DNA of 64,000 bases, from positions 3,976,954-4,040,953 of the forward strand of contig CM120644.1 in assembly GCA_051362555.1 (NCBI GenBank), given 5' to 3'. Source of the stretch: Lingula anatina (lineage: Eukaryota > Animalia > Brachiopoda). The notes below the pieces were generated by a model. The model saw nothing but the letters and a program-made list of their open reading frames with translations. It was not told where the DNA came from and ran no database searches. Within the stretch, counting starts at the first letter, position 1, and each line of letters starts with the position of its first letter. Shown in pieces: positions 12,901 to 45,010 of this stretch. Position numbers and translations under genes: made by a program.

Positions 12901-14789
12901 GTGTGTGTGTGTGTGCGCGCACGTGCATGCATGGAGGGGGAGGGGCAAGGTACTGGTACACTACATAATAGTAGTACAGTTGAATGTCCTTGCAAATCTC
13001 TCCTGTAGGACATCTTATAGGGACCATTCCCAGACCGTATCGTACTAACTGTGGATCAATCTATCTCCAAGGGGATTCTTGCTAAATTGCAAACAACTTA
13101 AGCAGCTTTGATATCTGTCACGCCTACTGAAGCTGCTAGGGGGGTAATACTAATTAACTATCGTTTTGAAGCTTCAGTAGGTGTGCCAGACATCTAAGCT
13201 GTTAAAGCTGAAAGCAATTTAGCAAGGAACTCCTCGGAGAAGGGTCAATCCTGTTAGATCGATCTAAATATGGGAACCCAGTCATAGGGACCATTCAGAT
13301 TGAGAAGAGCAGAGTGCTATTAAGGCCCTGAACTAAATATGGCGGACCTACATGAGAGGCGGAGAGACCATTACAGGATTAGTGGTCTTCCTTTCATGTA
13401 GGCCTGCCACATTTAGGTCACAGCCTTACTAGCACTCGGCTCTTCTCAATCTGAATGGTCCCGTAGACATACCTAGAATGAAGTGTTTTCCACGCCCTAC
13501 AGTGCAGCAGTGCATTAGTGTGGTTGGGATAGGCATATTCTGAGCGTAGGCAGGATGATATTTGTGCTGCAGAGTTATGGGAGAGCTGAAATCATTAACA
13601 AAGACAAATAATACACATTAATTCTTGGATGTAACACACAAAATTGGTTCAACCACTGATGTTACAGTATCTATCAAGTAGATAGTATTTGGAGGTAAAA
13701 CAGCAAGCATGAGTAACTAAGTTCTTAAGCTGAATATGCAATTTAAGCAAAGTGCTCAAAAAGAAATCTGATAGTGTAACATATATAACATGTATAATTT
13801 ACAGTACTCATGGAAATCTATGGCCTACTGGAATAAATAAGATGCCTTACATAATAATATGATTAATACACAAAATACTTGTACATCATTGATAGGCAGC
13901 CTTAAAATATAAAGTAAAGCAAATGAGATGTTTTATTTTTTATCTCTCAGATATATAAGTTGGCTTAAGTTTTCTACAATGACTACGTATTAACATCATA
14001 GAGATATCTCACTTCGTAGTGTCCAAAAGAAAAAACATTCTTTTCACATTTTTTCTTGACGAGTTTCTGAAAAAAAAAAAAAAAAAGAATGCATTTCAAT
14101 TTTAGTATGTATAAATGTATCTTAAACCAAGCAGAGTGATTGCAACAGCTAAAAAAAACCAACGATTTAAAACTGTCTTTGTTAAAGGAGATCTGTGATG
14201 ACTGGATTATTTTGAATGGGCAATATTATTTATTTATATTTACCTATGTATTTATTATTATTCATTTTATTCACTCAATCATTATATAAAAAGTCATAAA
14301 AATCATTTTCCCATCTCTAACCATGATGACTGGGACTTTTATCTAAACAAAAAATAACTTTGTTGAGAACAAAAATCAGTTACCTTGAAGGAAATGTGTT
14401 TATATATTTTACCTGAATCACGTTGATGCCCACTTCACTCAGTTTGGTAAGCGGAGTGTAATCGACTGGCACAGGGACACCAGCACCAACACTGTCTGTA
14501 GAACCAACCATCACATCACACAGAAGACTCCTATAGCTGTGGAAAAATTAGAAGAAATATATTTTCAATGGGGAGGAGGGAGATGGTAAATTTAATGGGC
14601 TGGTAACGGACTGGTAAGCAACCTCCTACCTTTCACACTACACCATCTCTTAGCAACCTACCTGTTACTGTCACCGTCTCTTAGCAACCTGTCCTCCAAC
14701 TCTTGACTGGAGCCAATCACTTTGGCCGTCTTCAGGAGAAAATGGTGAAGGGAGTCCACATGGCTGAATAGCTGGTTTATAATCTCCAT
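2794..14789 (-). CDS. TERT: Telomerase reverse transcriptase, 5' part (16 coding exons, 604 codons; gene continues beyond the left edge)
   Basis: GT-AG exons joined in frame: 14789-14662, 14536-14413, 14066-14013, 13585-13473, 12597-12512, 12247-12104, 11619-11499, 10932-10868, 10607-10409, 5709-5514, 5174-5087, 4803-4733, 4402-4292, 3958-3862, 3384-3227, 2850-2794. TERT motifs appear in the expected order: TEN domain (KNVFSFG; YPNHTNALLHCRAWKTLHSRIGDQLMMYLLERQSMFVPVGQDSYIQITGVPVY), TFLY-like (RKNMFYARNLREKLP), CP (YSLLNYHC), QFP (QVYLFLRSLLKRIVPLQLFGSPYNRRVFLKNVRKFVGLG), T motif (SYFYITETGPYRYHTFYFRKRLW), RT motifs 1/2 (LRLLPKLSSLRPIVSM) and the start of motif 3 (LSNVLHVLSY). RT motifs A-E are not in the window. 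Linker-exon boundaries are less certain. Confidence 0.95.
3601..3808 (+). mobile_element. Degenerate copy of short Helentron-like non-autonomous element
   Basis: aaaccagaaaagcttttagagagcacaga...gtccataacc...cgcctttttcgtggagg resembles the copies at 6621 and 28002. Confidence 0.45.
3806..3856. repeat. (AAAT)n microsatellite
   Basis: Direct reading. Confidence 0.9.
4670..4722. repeat. (CT)n microsatellite
   Basis: Direct reading. Confidence 0.9.
4804..5086 (-). other. U12-type (minor spliceosome) GT-AG intron in TERT
   Basis: Donor GTATCCTTT (minus strand 5086-5078) matches the U12 5' consensus RTATCCTTT. Branch site CCTTGAC (4821-4815) lies 11 nt before the intron end, and the polypyrimidine tract is short. 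Confidence 0.85.
6621..6806 (+). mobile_element. Short Helentron-like non-autonomous element
   Basis: 5' aaactagaaaagcact...cctctgccaagg and 3' ccttggcagagg form subterminal inverted repeats, with a short 3' hairpin. A homologous copy lies in reverse orientation at 28002-28246. Confidence 0.65.
6854..6947. repeat. Compound (TA)n(CA)n microsatellite
   Basis: Direct reading. Confidence 0.9.
7195..10390 (+). mobile_element. Second, rearranged copy of the same satellite-bearing element in the long TERT intron
   Basis: 7256-7633 matches 150-523; 7636-8030 and 8958-9370 match 1225-1620; about six 161-bp units at 9380-10330; ends in the GACGGC microsatellite without the terminal hairpin. Confidence 0.7.
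13020..13283. mobile_element. Palindromic MITE (PIF/Harbinger-like)
   Basis: Internally self-complementary (gctaaattgc / gcaatttagc; cctactgaagct / agcttcagtagg) and flanked by ATA/ATA. Same family as 32026-32286. Confidence 0.7.
13287..13462. mobile_element. Palindromic MITE (PIF/Harbinger-like)
   Basis: TIR gggaccattcagattgagaagagc / gctcttctcaatctgaatggtccc; nearly the whole element folds back. It ends about 10 nt from a TERT exon donor. Confidence 0.8.
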
Positions 14790-15383
14790 GATAATTACTG
14801 AAAATATACACACTGAAGTGCATACATGGCACTGTTTTACTTTACTTTGCTTTTCTTTCTATTTTTCTTTTCTTTTTTTAAACCATAAAGGTACTGTATA
14901 CTCTCCTTGGTATTTACTAGTACCTGCATGGCAGCTAGGCCAAAATGAATTTTCCTCAAAAAAAAAAAGGGAATTTTCTCCTGCTCACGAATCACTGCTC
15001 GACCAGTATTAGTACGACATTTCTTATTAAATATTGGTGAAAACCACTTCAGGATATATTAAAATCCAAACACTAATAGACAAATCTTACCCCCTGAAAT
15101 GATGCCATACCTGAAATTTAATTCATTACCGATAGACAACTATATAGGGCCTTTAAACTGACAGGGCAAAATCTTTTAAAATATTGAATTTAAAATACGA
15201 GTTCCGAATACACGCTAGGCATAAAAATCCTATTGATACCCCCCTCCCCCCCCCCCCCCCCCATCACCATTAGATTGCAATAAGATATCCCTTTGCCAGA
15301 TTAAACGTGGATCGTTTTGTTTAATTTAAGAACATATTTAAAGACTTAAAAGATAAGAGTGCCCATTATTTCAATCTCTTCAC

Positions 15384-15760
15384 CTTAGTTTCCTTCTCAG
15401 TCCAAAACGACACTTCAAGTCTTAAGAAATAAATAATTATAATACCCTGTAATATACATCTCTGTTGATTTTGTGAAATGGCGCATGTGACGTCGTTTAG
15501 AAAAGTGACCAATCAAATCGCGTTATTAACTTCACCATTAGCATCGGTGGTTTGTTGACTTCCACTTGGAACAGGAGAATGGCGGGGGTTTGTTGATAAT
15601 TTCATTTCTTTCTAATGCTTAAAGAATCCCACTCACTACATTGTGAAAAGAATCTACTGAAATGAAGCCGATAGTTCTGCGTTACAATCTTTGTTTTAGT
15701 GTTCTAGAATGTTATTTCTTGAAAAAACAACTCGGGACGAAAGTACATGTAAGCAGCAGT
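15384..15760. promoter_or_regulatory. Putative bidirectional promoter and non-coding first exons shared by TERT and WRN
   Basis: Lies between the divergent ATGs (14789 minus, 16172 plus). Minus-strand donor AAG|GTGAAG at 15384/15383 and plus-strand donor CAT|GTAAGC at about 15749. Local CpG cluster with CATGTG (15484), TGACGTCG CRE-like (15488), CCAAT (15509) and two AATGGCG YY1-like motifs (15477, 15578). TSS positions are inferred. Confidence 0.6.
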
Positions 15761-16171
15761 TTTATTTCTAACTCGAGTTGATCACTCAAGGATTAAAAAA
15801 AAAAAAAGAAAGGAACTCCTTGATTAGTTGTACTACAGTGTATGTTTAAGTAGTCCTCAACATTTACTGAAGTTCAGCATCTATCTAACAATCTATGAAG
15901 TAGCCGTGTGCTTAATTTGGGTCCTGAACATATATGTTCACTACGTGAAGGCAATAGGTGGTACTAGTACGTATTCCATTCAACAGAAAATTTTGATACG
16001 AAATTTTCGGCATTTAACTTTCAGGCCTTTAGGCAGAAATACGGATAGCAGGCTCGATCAAACAGACACCATCTGTACAGTTAACGCCATTAGCTTCGTA
16101 AATGTTGTATCGAACCAATGCAGCTCTATATGTTGTTTGTGAGCCATGCAGCGTGATTATCATTAGACACT

Positions 16172-38097
<21,926 letters not shown>

Positions 38098-38321
38098 ACA
38101 AATTTCAGCCTATAGCAGATGACTTTCACAGATATTTTAAAATGCTTACCAGGATTTGACATATCAAAAGGCTGTTTACATTGTTCGTTTGAACTATATA
38201 TTTTTCTGTTTGTTATTCATAGTACTAGTATTGCATTTTTGTTAGAATAAGACTATGACAGTGATGAACTGAAAATGATTAAAGCAACAAAATGAATGCA
38301 TTACGTTTGTGGAGAATTTTT

Positions 38322-38357
<36 letters not shown>

Positions 38358-39516
38358 CATTTGTTTTTTATATCTGTTTGTCTATTTTTATTGATGTTTC
38401 ATATCTTCATTTACTTATCAGCCTTTCATTGCATTAAAATTAAACATACCATCATTCATGTTAAGTTTACAGTATTATGGTGTAAGTTTCTGCTAACTTA
38501 ATTCAAAGAAAAACTTAAAATGGCATATGAAGTTGAATCTTGTTACTCCTATTCTTTGCTTCTTTTCACAAAATAGTATATAGGTAGTCCCACCCTATCT
38601 ATAGAGTTTGAATAAATATTGAATAATTCTCTGATTTGTGCTTGAAATTGGATTCACTGTTAGATTCTGTGACAAATGAAACATTTCCATTTTTAAAAAG
38701 CAAGTAAAGCAAATTGTTGCCATCTCATGGAAGCTCAAAGTCACACTTTGAAAACGTAACAGAAAGTACATGGCTTTAAGATAAATAATCCAAACAGGTT
38801 AGCTTTCAAAATTACCTGTACTTTTTAATAATAAAAATCAACAATTAGAAACGGGGGTTTCCAGTCACGCATGCGCACATGTTCTGAAAACATCTTGCGA
38901 TTTGCAATAAATTTTCAAAATTCTCGACAGAAATACATGTACTTAATTCGGCCTGTATTTCATCAATTACAGAGGGGATACACTTCACCGATCATTGACA
39001 TGCAAAAGGGTTATTTTTTACCACCAGTGATACTCGTCTATGCGCTCACTGACGGAAAATTCCTACGCTTATAATGGACTTGGAGGAAATAAAGACAAAA
39101 AAAACCAACAAATTATTAATGTCCCAAAAGTTGTTTTTCAAAAATCTCTGGGAGGGGCCACCTAGATCAATATTACACCTAAATCACACAGACTAAAGGT
39201 TCGTTTAGGATGAGTTCGGTCGCAAAGGCCAATGCCAACCAACTTCGCGGGAACTCGCTGTACGCAACCAGGTATTGATGAAATCAACGCTGATATTGAG
39301 TTACACTAATCCTGAAACTACAGAAGCTGGGAAACTTTTTAAAAAAATATTGTTTACCGTACGTTTCCTGACGCCCTCGTGTATCCTTCCGACGCTGTGG
39401 ATAATCTCAGGGATATGTGAAATATTATGGAGTTTGTAATGTGAGGGAAGCGATGCTGTTGCATGTAATGAGGGTGATTTGCATGATAAAGCGCGGTGAT
39501 CTCTTACTTGGTTTTG

Positions 39517-40092
39517 TATATGTTAAAGGCCTGGACCAAATCTAGTCCCATGCATAAAAAGCCCAGACCCCATGTTTATTACGCCCTGGCTGGGCCCATT
39601 CTTTATGGTGTCTTTGCATTGTCAACAGCATAATGGGCTAGTTAAATGACCAAGTTAATTAGCCAAGCTGCCAGTTTGTTTGTGTGGCATGTGCAGGGGT
39701 TGTCTTAGATCAAGGCACAAATGAAACCCACCTTTAATTTAACTTTTCTTTAGTAAATGTTACTTAGTAACATGTCTTTTCTTTAAACATTAAACATCTT
39801 TAAAAGAATCATCCTCTGATGTATTTTACAAATCACAGGTAATGAAATACAAGTATATCTCATTTGCCACACCTGTAAGTATCATAATATGTGCTTTGAT
39901 CTAAGACATCCCCTGCACATGCCATACAAACAAACTGGGAGCTTGACCAATTAATTTGGTCATTTAACTTGCCCGTTATGCTGTTAACAATGCAAAGACG
40001 ACCTAAAGAATGAGTCCAGCCAGGGTGTAATAAACATGGGGTCTGGGCTTTTTATGCATAGGACTAGATTTGATCCGGGCCTTTGACATATA
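39517..40092. mobile_element. MITE with about 200-bp terminal inverted repeats
   Basis: tatatgttaaaggcctggaccaaatctagtccc...gatcaaggcaca is mirrored by tgtgctttgatc...ggactagatttgatccgggcctttgacatata. Confidence 0.8.
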
Positions 40093-40432
40093 TATCGTTA
40101 TCTCACCCTATTTTAATCCACCACTCGCTTTCATTTGATATGTAACGTTATTGGAAAATTTAATTCGATTTCAGAATATCCAAATAAAGCTGAGAAGGAT
40201 ATCGACACGCTATAAAGGCCTGTTTGGCAAAATGGCCCTTTCCGGGTGTTTCTCTTATTATTGTTCCAATAAAAATAAACACGTAAACAGCACAAACATT
40301 TTTTTTTTTTGTTGTTGTTGCTGTTGTTGTTGCTTTATTTACCACTCAACACGTTTCTGCACTCCTGCTACATAAATTGGTGTGAGGCAGTGAAGAGAGA
40401 TATTATCATGAAAATTGGCATGGTTGGTGGTT

Positions 40433-43400
40433 TAGTCCGTGGGCCAAATACCGAAACCCTCCCCCCCTTAGTGATTTTCGTTCACTATGTTTTTCTGATA
40501 GCTTAGGTCCTCAGCTTTTATTTTCTGCTTGTTTGCCATTAAACTGGTGGTGGGTGTGGGTGCTACAGCCGTTGCCATGGTAACACACGGGTTAAAAATT
40601 GACATTTCTGAGCCCAACAAAATCTAAAATATTTCAAATACATAAACTAAATAGAATTCAAAATCGTTCTAGACATGTAGTCTAAGATGTGCACTATACC
40701 TAACGATGAACAAAATTTTCCAAGATGGCAGCAAATCCAAGATGGCGGCCAATTTTTGCTGTTTTTTCAGAAATTTGCATAATTTTTAATTTTTTAATTC
40801 TTATTTAATTATTAAAGAATTGCAATATCTGGGATATTTTGATGTACCAGTGTAGCATGGAATCTCTACTTTCTGCCTGTAGTGTTTGTTCAAGGTGCAA
40901 TCTTTTTATTTAGATGAAAAATCCTGAAATCCAACATGGCTGCCACAAAACAAGTCTTTTACATGTAGCTGTCCTGTCTGGAAATATGACAGATTTATCA
41001 TCCCAAATTAAGTTCTTCATTACTTTTGGTGCACTGAATATAAAAACAGAACCCTTTTCAATTACTTGACTTAATTTGGATTACAGTATGGCTTTCAAAA
41101 TTCAAAATGGCCGCCAATGACCGTGAATTTACATCTTTGTAACCAGTAGACAAAAATATGACAGCAATATTCCTAATTTTATCTTAAGTTTGGATGAAAA
41201 CTTATGTTTTAATAGTGCTGATCACTACTAGATGTGTGGTCATGCAAAATGATTAAAAAAAAAAGAAAGATCAAATGGCCAACAATAACCTAGACTAGAT
41301 AAAAGACCTATAATACCCCCCCAATAAATGCAAGTCACTCACATTTGACCTAAGAAATCACACAAAGTTTCATGTACATGCTAATCACTCACATTTGATA
41401 TGGAAAAGAAAACTTTTGAGTTGAAATACTAATGTATTCTGTCGCATTTGAAAGAAATGGCTGTCAATGAGTATAGGGAACTATATATTTATGGTCAATA
41501 TGATACACTCTTGCTAAAATATTGATTGAAAATTATATTCCAAAAGAATGTTACTTAGATTGATTTTATTAACCTGAATCCCCCTTTAGCAACTTTTATT
41601 TATTATTATATATCGCTAACATCCTAAGATCCCATTTTCTGCTTGTTTTCTATTCAATTAACCCAGCCATTGCCATACTAACACAGGGGTTCGAAGTTGA
41701 CATTTCTGAGACTAAGAAAATTTCATACATTTCAAATATATAAACTTCAACAATAATGTAAACTTAAGAAGACAGCTGTATTCGTGGTATGATGGCAAAA
41801 CATTCTTTGAACATCCAAGATGATGTGATTTTTTTCAAGATGGCAGCAATATCAAAATTGCGGCCGGTTTAAGCTGATTTCTAAACCTGTTTCTACTGTA
41901 AGTAACTAACGTTGAAAATTTAATAAATTTAATGGGATCGAGAAATGTTAAGTATTTTGATATCCATATGGTATTTAGTCTTTACTTACGGCTTATAGTG
42001 TTTGTTATTCCTATAATTATCATTTTAAAAACAAAAAAAAAACTTCAAATCCTGGGTGATTTACTTTGGTATATATTACTGTCCTATTAAACTTCTAATA
42101 TTGTATATTGTTCTCCAAAATTGCCTTCTTTTATTCTTTTGTATTTGTTGCTACCTTTTGATGTATTGAATTTGAATAATATGAAGCCAAGATCGTGAAC
42201 ATTTGTAATAACTCAATATGGTCTACAAGTATTTAAATTATCGTGCGGTAGATGGCTGAAATAATCATCTCTTACCATCTATTGGGCAAGTTGAATGACA
42301 CAAAATAGTCTGATTTTGAGTGAAAGGCAACTAGTTTGCAAATATAGATGGCGATTTTGCATTTCTATAAATGATATTTTAAGTAAAATGTTATAAAAAA
42401 TTAAATTATATATTCAGTTGAAGTTAGTGGATATATTGATTTTTCCAAAACGTGGATATAATTTTACCTCTCTAGCAGTTTGAAGCTGAGTTATGGCATA
42501 TACATGTAAATGTTTTATTCCATTAATTCATATAGATGAACACCATCTTAGATTGTAACAAAAACTCAGTTTCAGAGGTAAAAGCAAATTTTAATTGGCT
42601 TTCCAGTGAACATTCTTCATGAAAAAAGACTACAGCCAAGACATTTCATCCATTTCCAAAAAGCCTTAATCCTAAATATTTAACTAAATATGGACAAGTG
42701 TTTCCGTGAAAGCAGTGTAGAAAGGGCAAATTTGATTATAATTAACTGCACAAATTTTAGAATTATTTGTTTGTTGCACTGTTTAATATTATTGCAGCAA
42801 AATTCATACCTGCACTGTCATGGCCATTTGTGGCCATGGTGAATTTTGGAATAGCCAAGTAAATATAATTCGGCTGAAAATGAATAGAAATGATTTATAT
42901 TTAGATAATATCCTAATAGGTTAATTCAGTTTATCAGAAAGAGCACAAGAGGCATTTTGAAACGAAAATGTAATATATATTCGGTCAGCACAGCAATATG
43001 TATGAACCCTGTTTTGTGATGGCCACCATGGGTTTTAGGTTTTATTACACTTAAAAAGAGGATATAGGAGTAACAATCACTGTAAACAGTAATTATGCAA
43101 TTCTGTTCATATCAGCATATCCAAAAACCTAACATTTTTCAATTCCAATGCTGCTTTCAAAGTTTACAAAAAGCTACTTTCAGTAATAAGAAGAAAATTA
43201 ACATAAATCTATCGTCATCTTGGATTGGCTGCCATTTTGGCAATTTAACTACGATAATTTTTTCAAATAATTTTGTTGATAACTGAGGTCCAAGTCTAAT
43301 TTTTTAAAAAAGTTTACAATACAGCGAGATCATATATTTGAAATACATGGCAATTTAAAGGTCTCAGAAATTATAATTTTAAAACCCCTGTGTTACTATG

Positions 43401-45010
43401 GCAACAGCTGAATCTGTCACACCTTTCACCTATTACAGGGCAAACAAGCAGAATATTTGAACTTAGGGCCAAAGCTATCAGAAAATCATTGTAAAAAAAA
43501 TTGCTAATAGGGCTGAGCTAGCTTGAGTTTATTAAATTTTATTTTGTATTGGAATAATGTATTATATCATTTCATGTGTAAGCAAGTTGGCGGCCATTTT
43601 GAATTTCGAATGTCATAATGCAATCTGAATTAACACAATTTATAGAAAAGGGTCCTAGGTCCATATTCAGTAGACCTAAAAGTAATAAAGAATGTAATTT
43701 GGGATGATTAATGTGGCATCTTTCCAGTTAGGACAGCCGTATGTAAAAGACATGTTTTGTGGCAGCCACCTTGGATTTCAGGATTTTACGTCAAAATTAA
43801 AAGGTTACATCTTCAACAAGCACTTTAGGCAGACAGCAGAGGCTTTTTACCATTATGGAACATCAAAACACATGCCACATTGCAATTTCTTAATAATTAA
43901 ATAAAAACTCAAATATAAAAAAATTCCCAAAATTATTAAAAATGAGCAATAATTGGCAGCCATCTTGAATTTGCTGCCATCTTGGGACATTTTGATAATT
44001 GTGAAGTATAGCACACTTCTTAATTTACACATCTGGTATAATTGTGAATTCCATGATTTTAAATGCATTTGGAATATTTAATTTTTATTTTTGGTCTCAA
44101 AAATATCAATTTTCAACCCCAGACATTACCATGGCAACAGCTCTGTTACTCATACCCACCACCAGGTTAATGGCAAACAAGCAAAAAATAAAAGCTAAGG
44201 GCCTAACCTACCAGAAAATAATAGTAAACAAAAATCACTAATGGGACTAAGTTGGTGGGAGATAATTTAAATTAATATTCTGTTGGAAGAACATATTATA
44301 TCAATTTTAGCCAGTGTGTATAAGCATATTGGCGGCCATTTTGAATTTTGAAAGTCTTAATGTAATCAGAATTAATGCAAATTGTTTTAAAAAGTCCTAA
44401 GCTCGAATTCAGTTTATTAAAAGTAATAAAGAATGACACTTTGATGATAAATCTAGCATCTTTCCAGTTGGAACAGCAGACTTATATTTTGGCCACCATT
44501 TTGGATTTCAGGATTTTACAACAAAATCAAAAGGTTTCATCTAAAATAAATACTGTAGGTAGCAAGAAGAGGTTGTATGCTATTCCGGCGTACAAAACAT
44601 ATCCCACATTCTTATTCCTTTATTATTGAATAAAAACTCAAATATGAAAAATAATTGAAATTACTAAAAAATTAGCAAAAATTGGCCGCCATCTTGAATT
44701 TACAGCCATCTTGGAATATTTTGAGGATCATAAAGTATAGTGCAGCTCTTAAACTATACATCTGAAAGGATTTTGAATTCCATTCACTTAACACATTTGA
44801 AAAATTTAATATTTTTTTGGTCTCAGAAATTTCAATTTTTTATCTCAGACGTTACCATGGCAACGGCTGTAGCACACACACCCACCACCAGTTTAATGGC
44901 AAACAAGCGGAAAATCAAAGCTTAGGACCTAAGCTATCAGAAAAACATAGTGAACGAAAATCACTAAGGGGGGGGAGGGGGGTCTACATTGGCCCATAGA
45001 CTAGTTAGGG
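40433..45010. mobile_element. 4.6-kb non-coding foldback-type DNA element with long, internally re-duplicated inverted arms
   Basis: 40433-41130 is the reverse complement of about 44330-45003. Extra arm copies at about 41620-42010 and 43320-44240; repeated caagatggc/gccatcttg motifs; no credible ORF. Confidence 0.75.
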
